Below, one piece after another: positions 39,660 through 48,904 of a stretch of 64,000 nucleotides of DNA (position 1 is the first letter of the stretch; each line of letters opens with the position of its first letter). The DNA is from an uncultured Planctomycetales bacterium (lineage in GTDB: Bacteria; Omnitrophota; Gorgyraeia; Zapsychrales; Fredricksoniimonadaceae). The position numbers and the translations under genes are program-made. The stretch is taken from positions 70,100-134,099 of the forward strand of contig CAZOXU010000004.1 of NCBI GenBank assembly GCA_964583975.1, given 5' to 3'. Under the pieces are notes generated by a model that saw only the letters and a program-made list of their open reading frames with translations, made no database searches and was not told the DNA's origin.

Positions 39660-40304
39660 TTATTCTTCAATCAAAACCTTGGTTCCAATAGGAATATAAT
39701 TATACAGCTCTTCAATATCCTTATTTTTCATACGCACACAGCCTCCTGAGACGGATTGACCGATTAATTCAGGATAAATAGTGCCATGAATCCCATATTG
39801 CGGAATATTAAAACCCAACCAACGCGTGCCTAGAAAGTTCTTAGGACTGCCTGCTGGGACAATGTCGCCGTGATGAAACCAAATAGGATTGGGATATCGA
39901 CTGCGAATTTCAAACTCACCTAATGGAGTTGTTGTTTCTGCCTTACCCGTAGAAACCGGATAGACCTTGATGAGGCGTCCACCAAGCTTAACTTTCAATT
40001 GATTTAAATGCTTACTAATATAAATTTGAAATGGTTTGGTCAAAAGAAGTAAATACTTATCCTCTCTAATTATATTACTTTTTAAGGAATTCTTTTTTTT
40101 GATTAACTCAACGGTGGTCCCATGGGCCTTGGCAATTTTAGCTAAAGTGTCGCCGGGTTTGACGCGATAATAAGCCGCCACCTCAGAAGGCTCATCCGAA
40201 TAGACCAAGGCCAACCCATCAGCTGGAACTGAAGGCTCAGCCTGTTGCGCATAGGCCAAAGGACTAAATAGTAAGATGAATAAGAAGCTTATTAAATTCA
40301 TCAT
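39660..40304 (-). CDS. L,D-transpeptidase (YkuD) with N-terminal LysM domain
   Basis: A signal peptide, a LysM domain (YYRVKPGDTLAKIAKAHG) and the catalytic motif HGT...SVSGGCVRM are present. Confidence 0.8.
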   Translation of the reverse strand: MMNLISFLFILLFSPLAYAQQAEPSVPADGLALVYSDEPSEVAAYYRVKPGDTLAKIAKAHGTTVELIKKKNSLKSNIIREDKYLLLLTKPFQIYISKHLNQLKVKLGGRLIKVYPVSTGKAETTTPLGEFEIRSRYPNPIWFHHGDIVPAGSPKNFLGTRWLGFNIPQYGIHGTIYPELIGQSVSGGCVRMKNKDIEELYNYIPIGTKVLIEE

Positions 40305-40352
40305 AATGATATTCTATAACTAAACGAACAGGGATTTCTATAACTGATAAGA

Positions 40353-40586
40353 TTATTTTACAGTGATATGAATTTCTGAGTTAAAAAAATTCGTGATGAG
40401 CATGGAGGTCGCCTTACCGGGGTGATGCTTTAAGTATTCGCTTGAGTGAGCTTGGATCCAATCTCTCGCAGCCTTTTCAAACCCTATATCGAATCCACTC
40501 TTCTCGCTTTGAAGCCATTTAAATTTATTGATCTCATTAACGACATCAGGATCTCGAAGAAACTCTCTTTGGTGAATGAACTTCAT
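40353..40586 (-). CDS. Hypothetical small protein
   Basis: The ORF is 77 aa. No confident family assignment is possible from the sequence alone. Confidence 0.35.
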   Translation of the reverse strand: MKFIHQREFLRDPDVVNEINKFKWLQSEKSGFDIGFEKAARDWIQAHSSEYLKHHPGKATSMLITNFFNSEIHITVK

Positions 40587-40731
40587 TTTATTCCTTTATA
40601 AATTTAGGTTGTAGAAAATTATTGATAATTTATACCTTAAGAAAGATCAAAGGTAAACAGGAAAACAAAATAATTAATATTTCTTAGCACGATAGGTTAC
40701 AATGCCTTTAGCTTCATTTACTCATTGGCTC

Positions 40732-41970
40732 TTACTGATATTTAACTGAAAGTAATTTTGTAACCCCTAGTTCATCTCGATAAAGAAAAACGACAGCCAA
40801 TATAAAAAGCAATACCCCAAACGCCACTAAGGCACTAATTCCCTTGGATGGCGGTGTGGGTAGCATGATCTTTTCTTCCTTTTCATTTAAATAATCAGAA
40901 TAAATATGACAAGAAGAAATAATGTAAATTGGTCTTAAAAATAATTGAATAATTCCAACAGCTATAAAGATAGGAAAACCAATCCAGAAATAAATCGAAT
41001 AAATAACTACATTGGTTCCAGCTTGAGGAGGCATAAAATTCAAAGCAATATAAAAAAAGGAATATGTTCCAATATAGGCCGAAATTCCTACAATCCAACA
41101 CAGCACAGAATAAGCAATACGGAGTTTCATAATCTCTTTGAATTTACAACGTACCACTTCTACAGATTGGCGACAAGATTCTACTAAGCCTCTGCCTGTA
41201 ATTAAACTCGGAAGAATACCAATGGTCCCAATTTTCCAAGCGAAATAAAGCGCTTCACTTAAGACGCTATTTCTTACCCCTCTCTTCTTAGGCAAACGTT
41301 TTAAAATTTGCATAACGGTAATCCAGCTATCTATCCATATAAAAATCCATACCGGCCAGACTCTAGGCAAAACCATTCTTAAACATTCAGCGATCGATGA
41401 AGGTCGGCCTTGGCGATTGATAAAATGCACTGCCCCCATACACGAACTAAGAATACTCAAGGGGTACGCTACTATTCCCACACAAAGAAAAGACCACAAC
41501 AAAAACACTATATCTACCACAGAACCTTTAGTAGAGTGTTTGATACTCTCCCATACCTCAGAAGGAATCCACTCTAGAATGTGAATCCAAAGATAATACC
41601 CTGCGCCAATTACAGCCCATTGCAATAAAGCAAAGGTCAAAATTTCTTTTTCCTTCCATATAAGTTTTATAGAGTACGCCGTATAAGAGAAAAATCCTTT
41701 CAATGACTCCGCTTTAGAAGGCTTTTCCTGACCTTTATCAAGAATATAAATTTGCTCCTGCATCTGTGCAAATTGTTTATTAATGGATATAAGATTCCAT
41801 TGTTCTTGAGGATAAGAACCCTCCATCAGCTGAGCTTTCTTCTCAGGCAAAAAGTGAGGATCAATAGCGTGGTCATTCCATAGAGGCTCTTTACTAGAGG
41901 CAAACAAATAAATGACGACTACAACTCCAACGAACACTACAAAAAGAAATATAATCAAAATAGTGTCCAT
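40732..41970 (-). CDS. Hypothetical polytopic membrane protein
   Basis: It has about 8 predicted TM helices, an N-terminal TM followed by a soluble segment, and no recognisable family motif. Confidence 0.5.
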   Translation of the reverse strand: MDTILIIFLFVVFVGVVVVIYLFASSKEPLWNDHAIDPHFLPEKKAQLMEGSYPQEQWNLISINKQFAQMQEQIYILDKGQEKPSKAESLKGFFSYTAYSIKLIWKEKEILTFALLQWAVIGAGYYLWIHILEWIPSEVWESIKHSTKGSVVDIVFLLWSFLCVGIVAYPLSILSSCMGAVHFINRQGRPSSIAECLRMVLPRVWPVWIFIWIDSWITVMQILKRLPKKRGVRNSVLSEALYFAWKIGTIGILPSLITGRGLVESCRQSVEVVRCKFKEIMKLRIAYSVLCWIVGISAYIGTYSFFYIALNFMPPQAGTNVVIYSIYFWIGFPIFIAVGIIQLFLRPIYIISSCHIYSDYLNEKEEKIMLPTPPSKGISALVAFGVLLFILAVVFLYRDELGVTKLLSVKYQ

Positions 41971-41976
41971 AAAATC

Positions 41977-42438
41977 CTATATCTTTTGAATAATACGCCT
42001 CCAGAGGAACATCTCATTGACTGGCTCGCCATTGGGAGGAATTTGATCTTTAGGGGTATAATGTCTGGTTTGCTTGACAATAAAATCGCAGGGAATTTTA
42101 TTGATAATTTTCATTAAATCTTTTTTATTCACACGATCAATTTTCTCAATCACTTCAGATTTTGTAGTGTTTTCTGTAAAAATATAACTTTTCTTAAGAT
42201 CATCTGGCAACTGCTTATAGACGATGAAAAACTTCAGATAGTATTTCTGAAACTTATCCTCTCTCATATTAGCGATCTTTGTCTTATATTTGGCTTTTAA
42301 TTTTGGCAGATTAGTGGTTTTAACATAGATTTTGGCTAAATTTTTGATGGTTCCACCAATCAACAAGTCAAAGAATGAGGCATGACTAGTCGAGGGATAA
42401 GCAAAAAGCAAGATAAAAAATACTAATTTCAAGCGCAT
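41977..42438 (-). CDS. Hypothetical secreted protein
   Basis: It has a signal peptide and a K-rich sequence. It lies 6 nt upstream of the membrane protein gene in the same operon. Confidence 0.45.
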   Translation of the reverse strand: MRLKLVFFILLFAYPSTSHASFFDLLIGGTIKNLAKIYVKTTNLPKLKAKYKTKIANMREDKFQKYYLKFFIVYKQLPDDLKKSYIFTENTTKSEVIEKIDRVNKKDLMKIINKIPCDFIVKQTRHYTPKDQIPPNGEPVNEMFLWRRIIQKI

Positions 42439-42472
42439 GATTGATATTATTTTAGCAGTCCGAGGAGCACTC

Positions 42473-43579
42473 TCAAGCTAATTTATCATATCCTTGGCCA
42501 TACCAAATTCTATAAATAGCCCCGGCATAGTCATCGGAAACCAGCATTGAACCATCGGGCATGACCAAAATATCAACGGGCCTTCCCCAAACCTTATCAC
42601 CTTCTTGCAGCCAACCACTGGCAAAAACTTCATACTCCATAGCTTTATTGCCCTTTAATTTAACTCGCATAATACGATAACCATTCTTTTTTGAACGGTT
42701 CCATGAACCATGTTCAGCAATAAAAATTTGGTTACGATACTCTTTTGGAAAAACTTGCTTGTTATAAAATTTCATACCTAATCCAGCCACGTGTGCCCCC
42801 AATGTTTGAGCCGGGTTTTTCATGGATGCACAGTTCTTATCTTTTCCAAAATCCGGATCAGCAATATCCTGACCATGGCAATAAGGAAAACCAAAATGTT
42901 CACCTTGCTTAGAGGCATTATTTAATTCATCGGGTGGAATATCATCGCCCATCATGTCTCGGCCATTGTCCGTAAACCATATTTCTTTAGTAGACGGATG
43001 CCAATCAAATCCAACCGTATTTCTGACACCTCTGGCAAAAACCTCGCCAGCACTGCCATCCGGCTTGATCCTATAAATACTAGAATAAGGATCAGGCTTA
43101 TCACATACATTACATGGTGCCCCTACGCCAAAATAGAGCCAACCATCTGGGCCAAAAGCCAAATATTTCCATCCATGATGCCCCTCACTAGGCAGCTGAT
43201 CATAAACAATCTTAGGAGGCAAAGGTGCAGACAAATTTTTTTCAATATTATCGAAACGCAAAATACGGTTAACTTCAGCCACATACAAAGACCCGTCACG
43301 AAAAGCAACCCCATTGGGCATGTTTAAACCTTGAGCAATCGTATACTTCTTATCAATTTTGTTATCAGCGTTTTCATCAACCAAAGCATAGACCTTTCCC
43401 TCTGTGCGGGTTCCCACAAATAAAACTCCACTCGAAGAAAGAGCCATGGAACGCGCATTCGCTATGTCGGAAGCATACAAATCAACATGAAATCCAGGGG
43501 GAAGTTTGATCAAATCAATCGGTAAGTCTCTGGCATATGTAATGGATGAAAAAACAAATAAAAAAAGAATTAAAAACAT
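42473..43579 (-). CDS. PQQ-dependent sugar dehydrogenase (soluble glucose/sorbosone dehydrogenase, GSDH beta-propeller)
   Basis: GSDH family motifs are present (LPPGF..., GLNMPNGVAF, EHGSWNR). The start is trimmed to MFLILF, which carries the signal peptide, and GGGGG/AAGGGGG lies 5 nt upstream. Confidence 0.8.
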   Translation of the reverse strand: MFLILFLFVFSSITYARDLPIDLIKLPPGFHVDLYASDIANARSMALSSSGVLFVGTRTEGKVYALVDENADNKIDKKYTIAQGLNMPNGVAFRDGSLYVAEVNRILRFDNIEKNLSAPLPPKIVYDQLPSEGHHGWKYLAFGPDGWLYFGVGAPCNVCDKPDPYSSIYRIKPDGSAGEVFARGVRNTVGFDWHPSTKEIWFTDNGRDMMGDDIPPDELNNASKQGEHFGFPYCHGQDIADPDFGKDKNCASMKNPAQTLGAHVAGLGMKFYNKQVFPKEYRNQIFIAEHGSWNRSKKNGYRIMRVKLKGNKAMEYEVFASGWLQEGDKVWGRPVDILVMPDGSMLVSDDYAGAIYRIWYGQGYDKLA

Positions 43580-43598
43580 TGTGGCCCCCTTCGCTAGA

Positions 43599-43850
43599 TT
43601 AACGGTGTGAGCAACCAGGCCAACAGCATGGCCTGCGTTTTCCCTCTTTAAGGTTCGAGCAACCCCATTCAATCCGCTTAGCTCTAGTTTCTTGTTTTTT
43701 TGCTGATAGGATCCAGCATATCCACTCATTGCGTGCCAGTGGCGTAATGCTCTCCCATGTCTCTAAAGCTTCCAAGTTATGAGTCAATGCTTTCTTAAAA
43801 TCTATGGGCAGCTCATGAATTGTTCCACCGGAAATTTTTTTATTGCCCAT
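43599..43850 (-). CDS. YdeI/OmpD-associated family protein
   Basis: The C-terminal motif is present (KKQETRAKRIEWGCSNLKEGKRRPCCW). The start is trimmed to MGNKK to avoid overlap with dedA. Confidence 0.55.
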   Translation of the reverse strand: MGNKKISGGTIHELPIDFKKALTHNLEALETWESITPLARNEWICWILSAKKQETRAKRIEWGCSNLKEGKRRPCCWPGCSHR

Positions 43851-44523
43851 CTGATTTGTCTTTCTTAAAGAAAAGAAAATAAATAGTTGGAATCCCAATG
43901 AATAAGAAAAGAACTGCGCCAGCAATCATAATTTTAAAAGAAAACAAATCCTGTATGCTTTCCACCTCCGCTAATTTCCCACCCAGGAATGCTATCACAA
44001 TAGCGCCAGGTATCATGCCTAAGATAGTCCCCAGAAAGAAGTCTCGAAATTTAATGGTGGAAATACCACAAATATAATTAAGAATTTCATATTGAATAAC
44101 AGGAACTAATCGTAAACAAAAAACCGTCACAAATCCTTTTTTAGCAAGCTTTTGAGCAATATCTTCCCATCTTCCTTTGATATATTTATCTACAAATTTT
44201 CTTCCTAGAGATCGGGCGATCCAGAACGCCACACTGGTGGATAACGCAATTGATACCATAATCGTCACAAATCCCCAAAGAGGACCAAACAACAGACCAG
44301 CTGATAAGGAAATTGGAGCATTGGGCGGAAAGATGAGAATGGTATTAGCAATATAGACTGCTATATAAACAACGAAAGCCCAATTTCCAAAAGCACCTAT
44401 TTTTTCTTTAATATATGCAGGTGTTAAGAATTTAAAACTAATGCTCTCAGAATGAAAAATCCACCAGACGACTAATAGCAGTCCTATAAAAATAAGGATG
44501 AATTGCAGTTTGCGATTATTCAT
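43840..44523 (-). CDS. DedA/TVP38/TMEM64-family membrane protein
   Basis: A SNARE-associated domain with the characteristic re-entrant loops is present (...FPPNAPISL... FCLRLVPVIQYEILNY). Confidence 0.8.
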   Translation of the reverse strand: MNNRKLQFILIFIGLLLVVWWIFHSESISFKFLTPAYIKEKIGAFGNWAFVVYIAVYIANTILIFPPNAPISLSAGLLFGPLWGFVTIMVSIALSTSVAFWIARSLGRKFVDKYIKGRWEDIAQKLAKKGFVTVFCLRLVPVIQYEILNYICGISTIKFRDFFLGTILGMIPGAIVIAFLGGKLAEVESIQDLFSFKIMIAGAVLFLFIGIPTIYFLFFKKDKSDGQ

Positions 44524-44589
44524 TAAACTTTCATATTATTGTCTTAACTTTTCAAGCTCGTTTTTACTGCTCTCACGTCATTCTCCCCT

Positions 44590-45141
44590 TTAATTCTCCC
44601 AACGCTGAGGCACCTTGCGAACCTTAGTTATGTCATATCCTTGCTCTGCGAGCATACTCAGTAAGCGCTGATAATCTTCATCGGGGATTTGAGGAGTACG
44701 CGCCTGGATCCAAAAATAGTCCCGCTTATTGCGACCAATGATGGTTTGATTATAATCAGGGCTAAGGTAGGTAATAAGGAATTGTGCTTTAAACGGCCAA
44801 ATAAAACGCATGCCCCACGTGGAATTATTGATCTTGTCTACAATAAAACCCCTTGGATTGAATTTCTTTTTGGGTCCATCAAAATTACCTTCATTGAAAG
44901 TAAAAATCGTATTAACTGAACCATCTGCAAGAAGCTGGTATTCTTCAATGGCATTGTAGGCCTTCTTTTCAATAAAAGTTGGAATGCAAGCAATGACATA
45001 CCAAGGCCCCATATAACGTTTAAGATCCACCTGATCAACTGTCTTCAATGGTGGCAGTGAAGTAGCACATCCAGCCACTGACAACGATAACAAAATCACC
45101 ATCAATTTCTTAATTATTAAATTGTTAGAGTTTTTGAACAT
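44590..45141 (-). CDS. blc: Outer-membrane lipocalin Blc
   Basis: It has a lipobox (VAGC) and lipocalin SCR1 motifs (YMGPWYVIA). Confidence 0.8.
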   Translation of the reverse strand: MFKNSNNLIIKKLMVILLSLSVAGCATSLPPLKTVDQVDLKRYMGPWYVIACIPTFIEKKAYNAIEEYQLLADGSVNTIFTFNEGNFDGPKKKFNPRGFIVDKINNSTWGMRFIWPFKAQFLITYLSPDYNQTIIGRNKRDYFWIQARTPQIPDEDYQRLLSMLAEQGYDITKVRKVPQRWEN

Positions 45142-45199
45142 TGTGTTCTTTCTTTGCTTAATTTAAACTTCTTTTTAGCAATGCATCTCTCCCTAGTTA

Positions 45200-45853
45200 T
45201 TATTTACTATAACGAGCCATGCCACCGAAACGCTCATCACAATCTTTACGAACCTCATTAATGTATTTAAGATTCAGCTGCTGGATCTCTTTTTGTTCGT
45301 TTTCATTTAACCAAGACAAATAACGTTGTGGCTCCTTGGGATCAGGATCAATAACCTTATCAGTCTTGATCGCTGCTGTGACTGAAGCAATATCTTCCTT
45401 AAGCATTTTCTTATCTTCCTCGGACAATTCCTGGTCCGTCTGTAATCGTTGATTGAGATTGTTCGCCACCAAACGGTAAAAATACCCTTTAGACTGATGT
45501 GTGCAATTCATAATGTTGTCCATACCGTTTTGACAAGTTGCTGAATTGGCACCGGCACATGTCACCTGCGTCCCCCATTCACCTTTAATTGGATTACTAG
45601 TTGGGGTTAATTCAAAATTGCCAGTGTTCTCATTGGACAGAATAGATCCATCCTTGGATCTTGATCCTGACTTAGGCAAAGATGATGCCATTCCATCCAT
45701 CTGTTGCTTAGCGCGTTTGACCTGTTCGGTTTTTTGGTTTGCCTCATTGATTTTACCTGTAGCTTGATTGACCACATCCCAAAGACCCGCATGCGCAGGA
45801 ATTGAGGATAAACATATACACAACATCAACACGGCCCTCATAAAAAATCTCAT
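45200..45853 (-). CDS. Hypothetical secreted protein with one copy of a Cys-framed ~120-aa repeat domain
   Basis: It has a signal peptide. The pattern C..C..C...KGY...L..NL...L.......K....EDIA......DPDP.EP.RY..W...E...Q.......R.DC is shared with the adjacent paralogue. Confidence 0.5.
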   Translation of the reverse strand: MRFFMRAVLMLCICLSSIPAHAGLWDVVNQATGKINEANQKTEQVKRAKQQMDGMASSLPKSGSRSKDGSILSNENTGNFELTPTSNPIKGEWGTQVTCAGANSATCQNGMDNIMNCTHQSKGYFYRLVANNLNQRLQTDQELSEEDKKMLKEDIASVTAAIKTDKVIDPDPKEPQRYLSWLNENEQKEIQQLNLKYINEVRKDCDERFGGMARYSK

Positions 45854-45866
45854 ATTTAATCTCCTT

Positions 45867-47216
45867 TTATAAACCAGATGGTTTGCTATTACATTCCTTG
45901 ATAATCTTATTACTAAAATCTAAATGCTGCTTATTAATAGCGGCACGCTCGGCATTGCTTACGTAATCGTACCAGCGGTATGGATTATTAGGATCTGGTG
46001 ATTCAGGACTGTCCTTACCTTGCGCTTGAGCAGCACGCCATGCAGCAATATCCTCTTGCCACTCCTTACGTTTCTGATCAGAAACTCCCGAGGCAGCTTT
46101 CAATTTATTTTCAAGAGTGTCAGCAGTAACCTTCGCCAAATGACCTTTAAGCGCATCAGCACACCCTTTATCACGGCGCAAAGCCAACAGGTTAGTTGAT
46201 CCTCCACGACCTTTATTTAAATCGTCATAATTCTTATCAGTATTAACCGGCTTAGCCCTCTTATTAGCCGGAGATTTAGATCTATCTACCAATCCCCCAC
46301 TCTTAGGCGTATTTCTTGTAGGTCCGGTCTTTTGACATTCAGCAATCGCCGCCTGACTTTGTTTAGAATATTCCGTATTGAGCGCCATCTGTTCATCCGT
46401 AGTCAAACGCATCAATGCTCTCGTAGGATTACTCGGATCAATGGCTTTTGGCATCATAGCGCCTGATGTAGGCAATTCGCGGATAGAAGCAATGTCTGCT
46501 TCCCAATCCGCACGTTCTTTGGCCGATAGGTTCGCAGCATTCATCTTCTTCTCCATCATATCCGCCATGATTGTAAAACGAAGAGTGCTAATACCTTTCA
46601 GACAGTCAAACGGCTTTACTTCGTTTGCTCTCTTCTCACGGAGCTGGGCAATAGCTTGCTCACATGTAAGCGTCTCTTGATCCTGCATCATCTCTGTACG
46701 CTTGCCGGTTCCCATATGATCCGCACCCATACATTTGTTATAAATCTTTTTATAAAAGGCCCCATAATCAGCATTAATGCAAACCTGATCTTCCTCAGTT
46801 AAACCTGAAACATTCTGGTTATCAGATTTCTTTTTCTCAGATTCCCTGACCATAGCCAACTCTTCTTCAATTTTCTTGCGCTTGCGATCAGTTAATTGTT
46901 CTGTCTTTAATTTCTTCTCAAGCAAATCACCCGTCAATTTCATACGATAACCCTTAAGTGGTTCCATACAATGGTCAGCTAATTCCATGTAATCCATACA
47001 AGTAGCGCTGCGCTTGCCTTCGCAACTTCCTGTTTTGTCATGGTCTTCTAAATGTAAAGGACGGTCAGGATCCTCTGCAGCCTTGCCTTTTCCCTTGGTG
47101 ACATTCTTAACATCTTGGGCAGCTGCCTTAATTTGATCAAATAAACCAGCCTGCGTTTGCGTTGCAGGAAGGGTTAAACAAAACATCGCCAACATAACGG
47201 GAATTAAATATTTCAT
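45867..47216 (-). CDS. Hypothetical secreted protein with two copies of the same Cys-framed repeat domain
   Basis: It has a signal peptide (MKYLIPVMLAMFCLTLPATQTQA). N- and C-terminal copies of the domain match the 45200-45853 gene (...KGYRMKLTGDLLEKKL... and ...KGHLAKVTADTLENKL...DPNNPYRWYDY). Confidence 0.5.
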   Translation of the reverse strand: MKYLIPVMLAMFCLTLPATQTQAGLFDQIKAAAQDVKNVTKGKGKAAEDPDRPLHLEDHDKTGSCEGKRSATCMDYMELADHCMEPLKGYRMKLTGDLLEKKLKTEQLTDRKRKKIEEELAMVRESEKKKSDNQNVSGLTEEDQVCINADYGAFYKKIYNKCMGADHMGTGKRTEMMQDQETLTCEQAIAQLREKRANEVKPFDCLKGISTLRFTIMADMMEKKMNAANLSAKERADWEADIASIRELPTSGAMMPKAIDPSNPTRALMRLTTDEQMALNTEYSKQSQAAIAECQKTGPTRNTPKSGGLVDRSKSPANKRAKPVNTDKNYDDLNKGRGGSTNLLALRRDKGCADALKGHLAKVTADTLENKLKAASGVSDQKRKEWQEDIAAWRAAQAQGKDSPESPDPNNPYRWYDYVSNAERAAINKQHLDFSNKIIKECNSKPSGL

Positions 47217-47290
47217 TCTTGTTCTCCTTGATTTAAAAAAACTGGATAGTTGTGCTGAGGCTAGCCAGCCTACTAAGATTCTAGACAATA

Positions 47291-47641
47291 TTACATAGCC
47301 CTGACAGCCATCACCTGAATAGATGCTTGTGGAATTTGTAAGTGAGGATGATTTTCGAAAGCTTTAACAGCTGCCTCATGCGATTCTGCTTCGATCATAG
47401 AATATAAACAGATATCATTCCTACTATCTGATATGCCCTGAGCAGTTGCCTGCTTAGTTTTGCCGCAAACCTCGGTAACCTTAATCATCTTGGCATGCTC
47501 GCTCATCCATTTTTGCCACTCTGCTTTCATTTTTTCTTCAGCAGCCTTTCTAGTATTTGGATCAGTCTTACCCCAATCTGACATTACAGCAGCTGGTATT
47601 TGATAAAAAACCATAAACTTATTCAATTTTGATTCATTCAT
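47291..47641 (-). CDS. Hypothetical protein (116 aa)
   Basis: The start is trimmed to MNESK because GGAAAGGAAG lies upstream, directly after the neighbouring gene's stop. No confident family assignment is possible. Confidence 0.45.
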   Translation of the reverse strand: MNESKLNKFMVFYQIPAAVMSDWGKTDPNTRKAAEEKMKAEWQKWMSEHAKMIKVTEVCGKTKQATAQGISDSRNDICLYSMIEAESHEAAVKAFENHPHLQIPQASIQVMAVRAM

Positions 47642-47657
47642 AGCTTCTTCCTTTCCA

Positions 47658-48113
47658 CTATTTTTTCTTCTTAGCAACTGTCTTTTTCTTAACCGTTGTC
47701 TTTTTAGCCGCAGATTTCTTCATGTCAGTTTTCTTGGCAACTTTGGCAGGCGCTGGAGCTGGCACGGTCTGAGAAACAACGGGTTTTATAGAGGTATCAA
47801 CTTTAGGCGTTTGACCGCCTCTTCGACGCGCGAAACATTCTTTGCAATATACCGGACGATCTGCCGTTGGCTTAAAAGGAATCGAGCACGCTTTCTTGCA
47901 GTCTGCGCAGATCACTTGAAAAAGATTCTTGGAAGGCTGTTGAAAAACAGGTTTATGGACAACAGGTGTCTGGGGCGCTGGCCTGGATGATTGTCCACTA
48001 TTAGAAAGTTTATTTAAAATCATATCCACTTTACGATTTAAAGAATTTAACTGTTCTTGGATCTTAGAAATGGAAATTAATGTGTCGGATGGTTTTAATG
48101 TTTGTTGGTCCAT
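47658..48113 (-). CDS. CxxC-x17-CxxC zinc-ribbon protein with N-terminal coiled coil and Lys-rich tail
   Basis: The zinc ribbon is ICADCKKACSIPFKPTADRPVYCKECF. The C-terminus is KKTTVKKKTVAKKKK. Confidence 0.55.
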   Translation of the reverse strand: MDQQTLKPSDTLISISKIQEQLNSLNRKVDMILNKLSNSGQSSRPAPQTPVVHKPVFQQPSKNLFQVICADCKKACSIPFKPTADRPVYCKECFARRRGGQTPKVDTSIKPVVSQTVPAPAPAKVAKKTDMKKSAAKKTTVKKKTVAKKKK

Positions 48114-48123
48114 AGTCTCCTTT

Positions 48124-48714
48124 TTAAGTGTTCAAATGAAGATGCATTGCCACATGACGCTGTAAATCTAAAACGCCAATTTTTTTAAATGAGCTTACCC
48201 AGAAAACTTCTCTATCACCCACCCCAAGAGCCTTTAAGATCTCGTCTTTTCTTGTCTCGAGCTTCGGGACAGCAATCTTATCAATCTTATGCACAACAAA
48301 ACTATACACAAAGCCAGAATGTTGAAGCCAGTCAATCATCATCCGATCGAGATTGGTTGGGCCAGCTACCGCATCAACAACCACATAGATCATCTGAAGA
48401 CTTTGCCTGTCTTTAAGATAGCTTTCAACGATGCCGCCTAACTCGTCTTGTGCTTTGGGACCACCGACCGCAAAACCATAACCCGGAAGATCCACAAGCC
48501 AACGGCCAGCAGATACTTCATAAATATTGATGGTGCGTGTCTTGCCGGGCATTTGAGAGACCTGCGCCATATTCTTTTTTTGGCACAGCGTATTGATAAG
48601 GGTACTTTTCCCTACATTCGAACGTCCCAGAAAGCAAACTTCAGCCTTGCTTCGTTCAATCCTTTGGACCTCAACTTCGGTTTTAAAATACTTTGTGTTG
48701 TGTAAAAAATTCAT
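48124..48714 (-). CDS. engB: Ribosome biogenesis GTP-binding protein EngB (YihA/YsxC)
   Basis: The G1 motif GRSNVGKSTLIN and the DLPGYGFA motif are present. Confidence 0.85.
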   Translation of the reverse strand: MNFLHNTKYFKTEVEVQRIERSKAEVCFLGRSNVGKSTLINTLCQKKNMAQVSQMPGKTRTINIYEVSAGRWLVDLPGYGFAVGGPKAQDELGGIVESYLKDRQSLQMIYVVVDAVAGPTNLDRMMIDWLQHSGFVYSFVVHKIDKIAVPKLETRKDEILKALGVGDREVFWVSSFKKIGVLDLQRHVAMHLHLNT

Positions 48715-48773
48715 CGCTCCATCCTACTGTCCCTCTAACGTATGGTCAATGAATTACTCCAAGATAAAATAAT

Positions 48774-48798
48774 AAAGCCCATCTTTTGGATGGGCTTT
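48774..48798 (-). terminator. Rho-independent terminator downstream of the OLD-family ATPase gene
   Basis: The stem aaagcccatc/gatgggcttt with a 5-nt loop is flanked by A/T runs on both sides, so it may act bidirectionally. Confidence 0.6.
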
Positions 48799-48904
48799 AT
48801 TATTCATATTGGCTCCCCCTAGGAGACGAGTTTATGAACTTTCTAGGATCAATTGATCATCAAATATTGATGGCTTTAATTAATGCAACCAATACCAAAA
48901 CCAT

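Noticed and set aside
43580-43729. N-terminal 50-aa extension of the sugar dehydrogenase ORF and N-terminal extension of the YdeI-like ORF (to 43925)
   Set aside because: The extensions overlap neighbouring genes and precede the signal peptide. Internal ATGs with Shine-Dalgarno sequences (43579 and 43850) give conventional gene boundaries.
48800-48835. Sequence ctccccctaggaga resembling the reverse complement of the tRNA-Asn 3' end (ctcccccgcgaggg) as a possible att repeat at the left island boundary
   Set aside because: Only 7 contiguous matching nucleotides plus scattered matches. This is too weak to call an attachment-site direct repeat.
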